From a bacterium (GTDB lineage Bacteria > Patescibacteriota > Minisyncoccia > Moranbacterales > UBA2206), in assembly GCA_021788105.1 (NCBI GenBank), contig JAJYKZ010000002.1, forward strand, positions 3,320 through 67,319: DNA of 64,000 nucleotides. Direction: 5' to 3'. A model generated the notes under the pieces. The model was not told the origin of the DNA. It saw only the letters and a program-made list of their open reading frames with translations, and searched no databases. Both the position numbers and the translations under genes were made by a program. Shown piece after piece: positions 37,942-48,074 of this stretch (positions are counted from its first letter, which is position 1; each line of letters begins with the position of its first letter).

Positions 37942-38838
37942 ATGGGCGACGAAACTGAAAAAATAATAAAAGACAATTCGACAGGCAATAGGCCTGACGG
38001 ATTGAGAAATTTCGGTTTGAAAAAATATAGCCTGGGATTGACGATTGTAATTGCAATCCTGATGTCGGTTTTTGCCGGTTCTGTTTTTGGTTTTATGGCC
38101 GGCGGAATGGCGGAAAAGGTTTATCCCAATCTGGCCCAGAAATTTCCGGCGCTTTTTTTGCAAAATGCCAGCGGCATGCATCAGCAAGTTGTTCAGGAAG
38201 ATTCAGCTGTGATCAATGTTGTGAAAAAAGCTTCACCGGCCGTGGTGAGTATTGTTGTTTCAAAAAATCCCGGCAACGCTCAGGGCGGGATGACGCAAGA
38301 AGAGATTGCCGGCGGTTCAGGATTTTTAGTGACTGCGGATGGAATTATCGTAACCAACAAACATGTCGTTTCCGATCCGACCGCGACTTATACGGCTATC
38401 GCCAATAATGGAAAAAAATATCCGGCAAAAATTTTGGCGACCGATCCGGCAAATGATGTGGCTCTCATAAAGATCGACGGCGGAAATTTTCCGACGTTAA
38501 AACTGGGCAATTCCAGTTCGCTGCAGATCGGACAGACGGTTGTCGCAATCGGAAATTCACTGGGACAATTTTCCAATACGGTCAGTAAGGGCATTGTTTC
38601 TGGACTGGGGAGAAATCTGACTGCTTCGGGAGGATTCGGAGAATCTGAACAGTTGACTAACATTATCCAGACCGACGCGGCAATCAATCTGGGGAATTCT
38701 GGCGGTCCGCTCTTGGACATAGATGGAAATGTGATCGGAGTGAATGTGGCGATGGCGCAAGGCGCCCAGAACATCGGATTCGCTTTGCCGTCCGATCAGA
38801 TTAAAAAAATCATCCTTTCAATTAATGAAAGATATTGA
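37942..38838 (+). CDS. HtrA/DegP-like S1C serine protease, membrane-anchored, no PDZ domain
   Basis: Catalytic triad motifs intact: TNKHVV, NDVALIKI and GNSGGPLLD. The protein ends right after the protease domain. Confidence 0.8.
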   Translation: MGDETEKIIKDNSTGNRPDGLRNFGLKKYSLGLTIVIAILMSVFAGSVFGFMAGGMAEKVYPNLAQKFPALFLQNASGMHQQVVQEDSAVINVVKKASPAVVSIVVSKNPGNAQGGMTQEEIAGGSGFLVTADGIIVTNKHVVSDPTATYTAIANNGKKYPAKILATDPANDVALIKIDGGNFPTLKLGNSSSLQIGQTVVAIGNSLGQFSNTVSKGIVSGLGRNLTASGGFGESEQLTNIIQTDAAINLGNSGGPLLDIDGNVIGVNVAMAQGAQNIGFALPSDQIKKIILSINERY

Positions 38839-38959
38839 AATTGCGCTTGCGCAAATGGATTAAGCAAGTCCGTCTTTTTTTCAAGAACTTCGCACTTATT
38901 GCCGACGCACCATTTTACTATGTTTGTTTGGTTTAATAATTGCACCAAGCAACAACTTT

Positions 38960-41566
38960 ATGGATTTGGGAAAACTTACAATCAAAAGCCAGGAAGCTTT
39001 GCGCAATGCCCAGGAAATTGCGATTGCGAAAAGCCAGCAGCAAGTGGATGCTTTCCATTTGCTCTATGCCTTGCTTTCCCAGGAAGATTCAATCGTTCCA
39101 GTGATTCTCCGCAAGATCGAAATCGATATTGAAGCTTTGAAAATAAGCGTTATGGATAAAATGAACAGTTATCCCAAAGCGGCTGGAACGCCCGGACAGA
39201 TTTTTGTTACTCCGGATCTGGTCATCATTTTGAATGCGGCGGAAGAAGAGGCTCGACGCATCGGCGATGAATTTGTTTCTACGGAACATATTCTGCTGGC
39301 CTTTTTGAGCGCCGATACAATAGTGAAAAATTTTTTGGAAAAGTATAAAATAAGTTATGATAATGTTTTAAAAATTATGTCTCAAGTGAGAGGTTCGCAG
39401 CGTGTGGATACGCAGGAGCCGGAAAGCAAATTCCGGGTGCTGGAAAAATATACGATCAATCTGACCGAACTGGCCCGCAACAAAAAGCTGGATCCGGTCA
39501 TTGGACGGGACGCGGAAATCCGGCGCGTGATGCAGGTGCTGAGCCGCCGGACAAAAAACAATCCGGTCTTGATCGGCGAAGCCGGAGTTGGCAAGACAGC
39601 AATCGTGGAGGGTTTGGCGCAGCGTATTGTCGATGGCGATGTGCCTGAAACGCTCAAAAACAAGGAATTGATTTCGCTCGATCTGGGTTCTCTTTTGGCC
39701 GGGACAAAATTTCGCGGAGAATTTGAAGAGCGGTTAAAAGCAATCATCAATGAAATTGACCGGACAGCCGGAAAATACATATTGTTTATCGATGAAATTC
39801 ATACTTTAGTCGGTGCCGGCGCGACGGAAGGGGCAATGGATGCTTCCAATATGCTAAAGCCGGCTTTGGCGCGCGGACGCATCCGGATGGTCGGTGCGAC
39901 TACGACAAAGGAATACCAAAGATATATCGAGAAAGACGCGGCGTTTGAAAGGCGCTTCCAGCCGATTATTGTTGAAGAACCTTCGATCGAAGATGCGATC
40001 GCCATCTTGCGCGGCTTGAAAGAAAAATATGAAGTTCATCACGGCGTAAGGATAACTGATGCGGCTATTCAGGAAGCGGCGCGGCTATCCGATCGATATA
40101 TTACCGACCGCTTTCTGCCCGACAAAGCGGTGGATCTTATCGATGAGGCGGGCAGCGCGCTCCGGATGGAGATTGATTCGATGCCGGCGGAGATTGACGG
40201 GATGGAACGCTCGATTCGAAGGATGGAAATCGAAAGAAAGGCGCTGGAAAAAGAAAAAGACCCGGCTTCTAAAAAAAGGATCAGAGAATTGGATAAAAAA
40301 CTTTTTGAACTGAAAAAAAATTTCGAGCGCCTTTCATTGCAGTGGAAAACGGAAAAAGATCTGATAACCAACATTCGCAAACACACGGCCGGCATTGAAA
40401 AATTGAGGTCGGAGGCGGAAATTTCGGAAAGGAAATCGGAATTGGAAAAAGTTGCCGAGATCCGTTACGGAAAAATTCCGGAACTGGAAAAAAAGATTAA
40501 GGATGAAAAGAAAAAGTTGGATAATATCCAGAGCCAGAGTCCCATATTGAAAGAAGAAATTACGGAAGAGGATGTGGCAAAAGTCGTTTCGCGCTGGACC
40601 GGAATTCCGGTTTCCAAGATGCTGGCCAGCGAAGCGCAAAAATTGGCGAACATGGAAACGGAGCTTGAGAAGCGAGTGGTCGGGCAAAAGGAAGCCATTC
40701 AATCAGTCGCCAATGCAATTCGGCGGTCGCGCGCCGGCATCGCCGAAAAGCAGCGCCCGATCGGGTCATTCATTTTTCTCGGTCCGACCGGCGTGGGAAA
40801 AACCGAACTGGCCAAAGCTTTGGCGCAATTTATGTTCAACGACGAACAGGCGATGATCCGAATTGATATGAGCGAATATATGGAAGCGCATTCAACCGCC
40901 AAAATTATCGGTTCGCCGCCCGGCTATGTCGGTTATGAAGAAGGCGGCCAGCTTACGGAATTGGTTCGGAGAAAACCGTACAGCGTCATTCTTTTTGATG
41001 AAATTGAAAAAGCGCATCCGCAAGTTTTTAACATTATGCTGCAGATTTTGGATGACGGAGCTCTGACCGATGCCAGAGGCAAAAAAGTTAATTTTAAAAA
41101 TGCGGTCATCATCATGACTTCCAATGTCGGTTCGGAAATAATTTATCGGAGCGGGCTTGGTTTCAGGGAATCGCAGGGCGAGGAAATGGCAACCGAAGAA
41201 GAAATGCGGGAAAAAGTTCTTGGAGCGCTGCGGGAAAATTTTAAGCCGGAATTTTTGAACCGGCTGGACGAGATCATTATTTTTCATCCGGTCAGCCGGG
41301 AGATGCTCAAAAAAATTGTTGAACTCCAGCTTGATCTGGTGCAGGAGCGCCTGGATGAAAAAAATATAAAATTATTATTGACGTCGGCAGCCAAAGAATA
41401 TCTGAGTGAAAAAGGCTATGACCCCAGCTATGGCGCCCGCCCGCTGAAACGCGTTATTCAAAATGAAATTCTGGATGAACTGGCGCTTCGGATCATTGAG
41501 GGAAAAATAAAAGAAGGCGATAAGATTGAAATTGACAGCCGGAGAAATAAAATTGTCTTCAAATAA
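38960..41566 (+). CDS. clpB: Chaperone ClpB (AAA+ disaggregase with long M-domain)
   Basis: Clp N-domain, two Walker A sites (GEAGVGKTA and GPTGVGKTE), and a long coiled-coil middle domain between NBD1 and NBD2. Confidence 0.9.
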   Translation: MDLGKLTIKSQEALRNAQEIAIAKSQQQVDAFHLLYALLSQEDSIVPVILRKIEIDIEALKISVMDKMNSYPKAAGTPGQIFVTPDLVIILNAAEEEARRIGDEFVSTEHILLAFLSADTIVKNFLEKYKISYDNVLKIMSQVRGSQRVDTQEPESKFRVLEKYTINLTELARNKKLDPVIGRDAEIRRVMQVLSRRTKNNPVLIGEAGVGKTAIVEGLAQRIVDGDVPETLKNKELISLDLGSLLAGTKFRGEFEERLKAIINEIDRTAGKYILFIDEIHTLVGAGATEGAMDASNMLKPALARGRIRMVGATTTKEYQRYIEKDAAFERRFQPIIVEEPSIEDAIAILRGLKEKYEVHHGVRITDAAIQEAARLSDRYITDRFLPDKAVDLIDEAGSALRMEIDSMPAEIDGMERSIRRMEIERKALEKEKDPASKKRIRELDKKLFELKKNFERLSLQWKTEKDLITNIRKHTAGIEKLRSEAEISERKSELEKVAEIRYGKIPELEKKIKDEKKKLDNIQSQSPILKEEITEEDVAKVVSRWTGIPVSKMLASEAQKLANMETELEKRVVGQKEAIQSVANAIRRSRAGIAEKQRPIGSFIFLGPTGVGKTELAKALAQFMFNDEQAMIRIDMSEYMEAHSTAKIIGSPPGYVGYEEGGQLTELVRRKPYSVILFDEIEKAHPQVFNIMLQILDDGALTDARGKKVNFKNAVIIMTSNVGSEIIYRSGLGFRESQGEEMATEEEMREKVLGALRENFKPEFLNRLDEIIIFHPVSREMLKKIVELQLDLVQERLDEKNIKLLLTSAAKEYLSEKGYDPSYGARPLKRVIQNEILDELALRIIEGKIKEGDKIEIDSRRNKIVFK

Positions 41567-41606
41567 GCGGCGTGGTATACTGGATGCAATGTAAAACGCA
41601 ATTCAA

Positions 41607-42344
41607 ATGTTTCTCAGGCTGAAACCTTTTTTATACAGTTTAGTTTTTCTTTTGAGTCTTGAACTGATTTCTTTCAGGGCCGATCTTGTATTTTTAATCG
41701 CGGTTATTTTCTTTTTCATCTCGCTTTTTACCGGGAAAAAATTGGGCGGCCGCTGGCTGTTTTCAATTCTGCCGGCATTTTTTACGATTTTTTCAGTCGC
41801 GCTTCTCTATTTAATTTCCGATTTTACCGAACAGCAGATTTTCATCTTGCTGGCTTTTTTTATGTATTATCTGGCCTGCCTGGGCGCCTTTCGATTGGGG
41901 GAATATAAAGGAGATTTGACGGCGCGGGGAATGATCATGGCCGCTTCAATGGCGACGATTTTTTTTGCTTTCACCGCTTCCTACGGATTCTATTTGAATT
42001 TTCTCGTTCCGCTTTATTCCCTGATGATTGTTTATCTGGTTGTGGCCCTGCTGGTAAGTTATCAATATTTCCGCATCATCAATGACAACAAAAAATCGGT
42101 ATGGATTTATAGTTTTCTTTTGGCGCTGATAATGGCGGAACTGATTTGGACGATGGATTTCTGGCCGTTCGGATATTTGACGACCGGAGTAATTGCTCTT
42201 ATACTGTACTATGTTTTGTGGGACCTTGCCCAAAGCTATTTTCTCAATTTGCTCAGCCGGAAAAGAGTAGTGGCCAACATGGTATTTTTTTCTGTTTTGA
42301 TAATTCTGGTTCTGCTGAGCTCCAAATGGCTGCCGGTCATATAA
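41607..42344 (+). CDS. Hypothetical polytopic membrane protein (~7 TM)
   Basis: Hydrophobicity only. Confidence 0.45.
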   Translation: MFLRLKPFLYSLVFLLSLELISFRADLVFLIAVIFFFISLFTGKKLGGRWLFSILPAFFTIFSVALLYLISDFTEQQIFILLAFFMYYLACLGAFRLGEYKGDLTARGMIMAASMATIFFAFTASYGFYLNFLVPLYSLMIVYLVVALLVSYQYFRIINDNKKSVWIYSFLLALIMAELIWTMDFWPFGYLTTGVIALILYYVLWDLAQSYFLNLLSRKRVVANMVFFSVLIILVLLSSKWLPVI

Positions 42345-42387
42345 CATTAAATATCAAATCTTAAATCTTAAATCTCAAAAAAGATTC

Positions 42388-43524
42388 ATGGCTAAAAAAA
42401 TCATTAGAAAAATAATTTTTATCATCGGAATAATTGTCCTGGGCGGATTGGGCGGCATCATTATGGACCGCTATCTTTTTCCCTATCTCAGCACAATGAG
42501 CTTTTTTTCCAACATCGGTTTTTTGAAAAAATCCACCGAGGACGTGACAGTCATCAACAGGACGGAGCAAGTTACCGTCAAAGAAGAAACCTCGATGGCC
42601 AACATTGCGAGCAAGGCGACCTCATCCGTTGTGAATATTATCGTTCTGCCCGGCAATTCCCAGCCGAAAAACACGGCCGTTGAAAATATCACCGGAGAAA
42701 TTGTGACGAGCGACGGACTGATCATGACTTATGCTCCCAATCTCACTGCCAACTCAAAATACAAAGTAATGCTTTATGATGGCAATGTTTACGATGCCAA
42801 TTTTATCGGAGTTGACGCGTACAGCAATTTGGCTTTCTTGAAAATCAACGCCAGCAATCTTCCGGTCATTTCGTTCGGCGACTCAGGCAGCATTACGCCG
42901 GGAGAAAAAGTGATCGCTATTGCCAACGATTCCGGATCCTATCTCAACGCCTATGATTCCGGAATTATGACCGCCTATCTCCCGACTTTCAATCTGGGCG
43001 GAGCGGCGCTTTCTTCTTCTGAAAATCTGGAAGGCGTGTATGGCGTCGATTTTAATTTTCCGTCCGATTATGTCGGCGGTCCGGTCGTGGACTTCAACGG
43101 CGACACGATCGGAATTCTGGGTTCCGTTTCCACGAATAATTCCAATCAATATTTTGTGATTCCGGTTGACAAGGCGGAAGCGGTGATGAGCAAAGCGATG
43201 GGCAATTCCTTGTCCTCCGATCCGGTCTTGGGAATATATTTTGTTCCTATCACCAAAACTTTCGCGCTGGCGAATAATATCAATGCGGACAAAGGAGCGA
43301 TGATTTATTCTTCTTCCGGCCAGCAAGGCTTGGCGATAATTTACGGTTCGCCGGCCCAGAAAGCGGGATTGAAAATAAACGACATCATAACGGCGATCAA
43401 TGGCACGCAAATTGATCTTAATCACAGCTTGCCGCAACTGCTTTATTCGTTCAAAAAAGGCGATAAAATCACGCTAACAATCAGCCGGAACGGACAGGAA
43501 ACAAAAGTTCCGGTTCAACTCTGA
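42388..43524 (+). CDS. Catalytically inactive HtrA-like pseudo-protease with C-terminal PDZ domain, membrane-anchored
   Basis: Alignment with the neighbouring HtrA shows the triad replaced: His to Pro (TYAPNL), Asp to Asn (SNLAFLKI), Ser to Val (YVGGP). A PDZ-like C-terminus is retained. Confidence 0.6.
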   Translation: MAKKIIRKIIFIIGIIVLGGLGGIIMDRYLFPYLSTMSFFSNIGFLKKSTEDVTVINRTEQVTVKEETSMANIASKATSSVVNIIVLPGNSQPKNTAVENITGEIVTSDGLIMTYAPNLTANSKYKVMLYDGNVYDANFIGVDAYSNLAFLKINASNLPVISFGDSGSITPGEKVIAIANDSGSYLNAYDSGIMTAYLPTFNLGGAALSSSENLEGVYGVDFNFPSDYVGGPVVDFNGDTIGILGSVSTNNSNQYFVIPVDKAEAVMSKAMGNSLSSDPVLGIYFVPITKTFALANNINADKGAMIYSSSGQQGLAIIYGSPAQKAGLKINDIITAINGTQIDLNHSLPQLLYSFKKGDKITLTISRNGQETKVPVQL

Positions 43525-43558
43525 TTACTCGAGAATAAAGACCTGTAGGGATTGTATA

Positions 43559-43581
43559 AGACGCAATAAGCGTCTTTTTTG
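43559..43581 (+). terminator. Rho-independent terminator (agacgc-aataa-gcgtct + TTTTTT)
   Basis: Seen directly. Confidence 0.6.
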
Positions 43582-43589
43582 CGCAAGTA

Positions 43590-43618
43590 TTGACAAAATT
43601 TCGTTTTATGCTAAGCTA
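43590..43618 (+). promoter_or_regulatory. Putative promoter TTGACA -16- (TGc)TAAGCT
   Basis: Consensus -35 and an extended -10-like TGnTAAGCT. It would give a ~150-nt leader for the downstream secreted-protein gene. Confidence 0.3.
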
Positions 43619-43771
43619 TGCAGTTCTCTTTGTATCCGTATTTCTGTGTTTATCCGTATTCAACTCGGCGCTGGTCCCGCTTTTGTGGGACAAGCTCCGT
43701 TAGAATATAGAGGAGTTTCTTAAAAATTAAAATTCAGTTTAACTGAAAATAAAAGACCAAGGAGGTCAGAG

Positions 43772-45106
43772 ATGAAAAGGAAAATGTTGTTCGTAGTGAT
43801 CGCCATTCTGATGGCGATTGGCGTGCCTGCGATTTCGTTCGCGGGTGGAGGCGGGCATGAGGAGGGAGTTCACGTCGACACAGATGTGAATTCATCCTCG
43901 AGCTCAAGTTCAAGCTCGAGTTCAAGCTCAAACAGCACAAATACCGCCTATGGCGGTGAAGGCGGACAGGGTGGAAACGGAGGAGAGGGTGGCCATGGTG
44001 GTAAAGGCGGAAACGCTACTGCCACAGGTGGAAATGCCAGCAATGGCAATCAGACCACCACTGTCGGCGGGCAAAACGTGGAGATAAAAACTCCGCGCGA
44101 GTTTCTGCAGACTCCAATTTCCGGGGAATTTGTAAATCCGGGTATCTCAATCGAAAGTACTAAATGGCGTATTTACTGCCCGGCAGTGTATCGGACACTT
44201 TCAGCGTCCGAGGTGCAGGAAATGGAACGGAAATTCCAGCTTGGGGATATTCTCCCCTGGAACTGGAAAAGCCGCGTCCACATAGTAAATGTGAACAATC
44301 GGCTTCCGGGAAATCCGAGCTCGATTTCCTGTATGAGTTACTGGCCGAAAGCCGAAGCTCTTGCGGGAGACAAAGTTATCGCCGCTGTCACGGTTGATGG
44401 CGACAGCGAGTGGAACGAGGAATCGTTTCTGGGTCTCGCGGCGGATGCATGTCTGCAGGTGGGATCTAGCCGTGTAGCCATATTGGAAAGAACCAGATTT
44501 GCTGGAGTCACTTCAGGTATGGCTTTAGGCTTCGGGGGCGGCGCTTCGCAAGTGCGCGGAAGTACCGGAATGGTTTTTAGCACAACGCCGCAGATTGGAA
44601 CGACAAAAATAACTACCGAAGACCAGGTGCAGTTTCAGGCGCTCTGCATGAACAATGGCCCGCTCGAATTACCGCGGGTGCAGGTATCAACTCCATCACC
44701 GGTCATCAAACCGGCACCGAAGCCAGCGCCCAGTTGCAATCCGGATGAGATTCAGACAAGAATAAATATCGATCTCGAGGCTTGTAGTTATTGTCCTCAT
44801 CCGTGCTTAAACAATGAAGAGCATAGGATATGGGCAGGCCTTGGCTACATCAACAAGTACGTTTGCACACACGACATGGTCTATCTCCTGAACGCCATCG
44901 AACAGTTTCAAATAGCCGAAAGGGATTATCTGCGCGGCTATGAACCGAACGGAGTAAAAACCCGGAAATTAGTAGGAGCGCAGGAGCTGATGCACCAGGC
45001 ATACCAAGCCTGGACTACAGCGATTTACATCCTGAATGGCAAAGAGGCCACGGACAGCTTTGCCAGGATGCATGGGGTAACAAAATATCACACCGAATTC
45101 AAATAA
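43772..45106 (+). CDS. Secreted hypothetical protein with poly-Ser and Gly-rich low-complexity region (GC-richer island gene 1)
   Basis: Signal peptide MKRKMLFVVIAILMAIGVPAISFA, a 13-Ser run, GGEGGQGGNGGEGGHGGKGG, and a Cys-containing C-terminal domain. Strong RBS (aaggaggtc). Confidence 0.6.
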   Translation: MKRKMLFVVIAILMAIGVPAISFAGGGGHEEGVHVDTDVNSSSSSSSSSSSSSNSTNTAYGGEGGQGGNGGEGGHGGKGGNATATGGNASNGNQTTTVGGQNVEIKTPREFLQTPISGEFVNPGISIESTKWRIYCPAVYRTLSASEVQEMERKFQLGDILPWNWKSRVHIVNVNNRLPGNPSSISCMSYWPKAEALAGDKVIAAVTVDGDSEWNEESFLGLAADACLQVGSSRVAILERTRFAGVTSGMALGFGGGASQVRGSTGMVFSTTPQIGTTKITTEDQVQFQALCMNNGPLELPRVQVSTPSPVIKPAPKPAPSCNPDEIQTRINIDLEACSYCPHPCLNNEEHRIWAGLGYINKYVCTHDMVYLLNAIEQFQIAERDYLRGYEPNGVKTRKLVGAQELMHQAYQAWTTAIYILNGKEATDSFARMHGVTKYHTEFK

Positions 45107-45124
45107 AGAAAGGCAGGAAATGAA

Positions 45125-46018
45125 ATGAAAAGGATTTTGGCTTTGTTGTCTGTATTCTTTTTTGTAATCTGTGCTGTTCCTGTTGCCCACGCGTTTGAGT
45201 ACGCGGGACAGGAGCAGGTTGTACCGGCTCAAACGTCGATTGCGGTCGACCAAACCGCCAACGAGTTGAAAAAGCTTCGCGGCGAGCTCGGAGGAACAAA
45301 GAGGGTTGTCTCGGCCCTCAAAAAAGAAGAGGCGAAGAGAACGGCTTCCGAGGAAAACTTGGCGAAGCAGACCAAGGAACTCGGAGAAACAGCCGTATCC
45401 TCTTTGCAGCAAAACGCCGCGGCGAATGCGGCGATGACGAATTCAGTTGCCAGCCTGAAAACCAACCTGAACAAGTTTGGCAGCAAGGTTGATGAGGTGA
45501 ATTCCTCTGTCTATGGCGATTACATAGTATTAGGTTTTATAATTATCGTGGCGCTGGTGACCATCCTTTTTGTGCTCGTATCGCTTCAGAGAAATCTGAG
45601 GCGTGAAATAAGGGAAAGTGCGACGGCCGTCGAACAGGCTGTCGAACAAGTCGTAGTGCAAGCCAGGGACCACATCGTAAACGAGGTTCCGAACCGCACG
45701 GCGACCGCAATCCGCACCCTCGATTCTTCGCCCTTCGAGTTTGAAGCGGCGGGGCATCAGGTTACGTACAAGTCGCCGGCGGAAGGAATAGCGGAGGGGT
45801 ATTATTTAACCCTCCATGTTCCCAAGGACATGGCGGGAGACGCAGCCATCTATCACCGCGACCACGAAACAAATCGCGGGGTGGCGCGGAGAAACATTCG
45901 CAAAACAATGCAACAATATTTCGAGGGCAAGTTTGATGCCCCCGAGTACGAGTTGCAGAAAAAGCTGATTGAGCATTTGAAGAGTACGGGAGAAATCTCG
46001 TATCGCAAGATCAGCTAG
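45125..46018 (+). CDS. Hypothetical bitopic membrane protein: signal peptide, extracellular coiled-coil, TM, cytoplasmic domain (GC-richer island gene 2)
   Basis: Signal peptide ending VAHA, an Ala/Lys/Glu-rich helical region, then a TM helix (YIVLGFIIIVALVTILFVLV). Confidence 0.55.
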   Translation: MKRILALLSVFFFVICAVPVAHAFEYAGQEQVVPAQTSIAVDQTANELKKLRGELGGTKRVVSALKKEEAKRTASEENLAKQTKELGETAVSSLQQNAAANAAMTNSVASLKTNLNKFGSKVDEVNSSVYGDYIVLGFIIIVALVTILFVLVSLQRNLRREIRESATAVEQAVEQVVVQARDHIVNEVPNRTATAIRTLDSSPFEFEAAGHQVTYKSPAEGIAEGYYLTLHVPKDMAGDAAIYHRDHETNRGVARRNIRKTMQQYFEGKFDAPEYELQKKLIEHLKSTGEISYRKIS

Positions 46019-46025
46019 GCTGTAC

Positions 46026-46057
46026 GGGAGCTTGGACGAAGTTATGTCCAAGCTCCC
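46026..46057 (+). terminator. Perfect 12-bp stem hairpin (gggagcttggac-gaagttat-gtccaagctccc) 8 nt after stop; no T-run
   Basis: Seen directly. Could be a terminator or an RNA-stability / processing hairpin. Confidence 0.35.
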
Positions 46058-46085
46058 GCCCAAACCACCAAGTTTCAATATCAAG

Positions 46086-46180
46086 CTGCGATAGCAGTTT
46101 GATATGTCAGAGAACTTCGATAGAAGTCTCTGAACTGGCACTGCGATAGCAGTCCAAAATACATTCCTCTGCGATAGCAG
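46086..46180. repeat. Array of a 12-bp near-palindromic motif CTGCGATAGCAG (3 exact copies at 46086, 46141, 46169; variant CTTCGATAGAAG at ~46115)
   Basis: Exact repeats seen directly in a non-coding stretch. Confidence 0.7.
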
Positions 46181-46472
46181 GCGGAAAGTATGTCTTAATT
46201 GGCGCAACTTAAGATTTAATTGCTTCAATTGTCTCAAATTGAATTAGAAAACAAACCGGAAAAATTTCCGGATGACATAAATAGGCGTCGTATCAACATA
46301 CGCGCCTTTTAATTTTGCAAAAAAATATAATCCCGGTAGTAATACATTAATGGCATTTTTTGAAACATTGACCGGCCGGCCGGAAGGTGCTACGCTCAAA
46401 GACTTGACGGAAATGAAAAAATAGCCTATCTATTGAATAACGCCATTTACGGCAAATTATTGGATTAATTCA

Positions 46473-47375
46473 ATGCAAACCCTGAAATCAAAACTATTTT
46501 GGACTCTGAGCATAATCGCGGTCGCGATTATTTTCACCGTGTTTTATAATTCCAACAAAACCTTTGTCGGCGAGACGCAGATTTTGCTTCTGCCCAAAAG
46601 CGACGCGACTTCCCGGAATATTGAACAAATTATTGCCAATGCCCGGGTGATTCCCAAATCGCTTTCTTTTTATAACGCTATGCTGACTGAGAATTCCGAC
46701 ATTGAAGATGGCGCGGCACAATTGCCGGACGCCCAGCGGAAAATATATTGGGATTCCAAAATAAATATCGATCGCATCGGCCGGAGCGGCATTTTGGAAA
46801 TTTCCGTTTTTGACAAAAGCCCGATGCAGGCGCAGATCATTTCCGAGCAAACAGCAGCCGACATCGCGGTCGTTCTCAGCCGCTATTATAATATCAAGAC
46901 CGAACTCGATGTCCGGTTCACGGAAGGAACGATCGTCAGCAACACGGTGCCTGTGAATTTTTGGAGCGAGGCGGTTGCGGCGAGTGTCGTTCTGGGATTT
47001 ATTTTGGGAGCGGCGATTGCCAATATTATTTTTTCCTTGCAAAGAAAACGCGAAGTTTTTTATAAAGAAAAAATAGAATCAATATTCAGATTCCGAAAGA
47101 CCGAAGAAGAAATGGTCCATAAACCAGAACCGAAAAAAGAAATTAAAATTGAAGAACCGGTTAAGCCAGCAGCAAAAAAAGTGCCGCCAATTTCCTCAGA
47201 AAGAAAAGCGGCGGCGCCTTTCAATCTTCCGATTGGCGAAGGGTCTGAAATTAAAACCGGAACAGTGAGTTTTGCGCCGGGCGAGGGAAAACAGGAAAAA
47301 GCCGACCATACGCGCGAAGCAACGGCTGAAGAAGTGAAAGAAAGACTGAACAAGCTTTTGAAAGGAAATTTCTAG
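46473..47375 (+). CDS. Wzz-like polysaccharide co-polymerase-like protein with K/E/P-rich cytoplasmic tail
   Basis: TM1 near the N-terminus, a ~160-aa periplasmic domain, TM2, then a charged tail. Confidence 0.35.
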   Translation: MQTLKSKLFWTLSIIAVAIIFTVFYNSNKTFVGETQILLLPKSDATSRNIEQIIANARVIPKSLSFYNAMLTENSDIEDGAAQLPDAQRKIYWDSKINIDRIGRSGILEISVFDKSPMQAQIISEQTAADIAVVLSRYYNIKTELDVRFTEGTIVSNTVPVNFWSEAVAASVVLGFILGAAIANIIFSLQRKREVFYKEKIESIFRFRKTEEEMVHKPEPKKEIKIEEPVKPAAKKVPPISSERKAAAPFNLPIGEGSEIKTGTVSFAPGEGKQEKADHTREATAEEVKERLNKLLKGNF

Positions 47376-47401
47376 ACTTTATTAAATTTTTGTCGCAAAA
47401 G

Positions 47402-47430
47402 CGGCGGTAAGAAGCCCGCCCTTTTATTTT
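47402..47430 (+). terminator. Rho-independent terminator (ggcgg-taagaagc-ccgcc + CTTTTATTTT)
   Basis: Seen directly. Confidence 0.45.
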
Positions 47431-47519
47431 GTCCAAAAATATATTATGATTAATATGTGTAAAAAGTTAAATTTTGCATTTTTGTAAATTTGTAGTTTAT
47501 TTGTAAGTTTGTAGAAGTT

Positions 47520-48071
47520 ATGGAATTTCAAAAAACAACCCTAAAAGACGCCTATTTGATCAAGACCAAAGTCTTTCAAGACGAGCGGGGATTTTTTCTG
47601 GAGTCTTATTCCAAAAAAGAATTTGAAAACGCCGGGATTATGGCGAATTTTGTCCAAGATAACCATTCAATGTCGGTAAGCAAAGGTGTCCTGCGCGGTC
47701 TGCATTTCCAATTGCCTCCGCACACGCAGGCGAAATTTGTGCGCGTCGTGAAAGGTTCGGTCTATGATGTCATCGTTGATCTGCGGAAAGATTCTCCGAC
47801 ATTCGGAAAATGGGAAGGTTTCAATTTGTCAGCGGAAAATTTTTTGATGCTTTATGTCCCGCGCGGCTTCGCGCACGCTTTCTGCACATTGAAAGACAAT
47901 ACGGAATTTTTATACAAGACCGACAATTTTTACGCTCCGCAAAGCGACAGCGGAATAATTTGGAATGATCCTAGTTTAAAAATCGACTGGCCGATTGAAA
48001 ATCCAATTCTGTCTGAGAAAGACCAGAAACTGCAAACATTCGAAGAGTTAATAAAAAATAATCCTTTTTAA
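47520..48071 (+). CDS. rfbC: dTDP-4-dehydrorhamnose 3,5-epimerase
   Basis: RGFFLESY ... LRGLHFQ ... KFVRVVKGSVYDVIVDLR ... YVPRGFAHAF. Confidence 0.9.
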   Translation: MEFQKTTLKDAYLIKTKVFQDERGFFLESYSKKEFENAGIMANFVQDNHSMSVSKGVLRGLHFQLPPHTQAKFVRVVKGSVYDVIVDLRKDSPTFGKWEGFNLSAENFLMLYVPRGFAHAFCTLKDNTEFLYKTDNFYAPQSDSGIIWNDPSLKIDWPIENPILSEKDQKLQTFEELIKNNPF

Positions 48072-48074
48072 TTT

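Noticed and set aside
43618-43710. 30-codon ORF (MQFSLYPYFCVYPYSTRRWSRFCGTSSVRI) in the leader of the secreted-protein gene
   Set aside because: No RBS and an odd composition. Could be a leader peptide, but there is no supporting evidence. Noted under the island finding instead.
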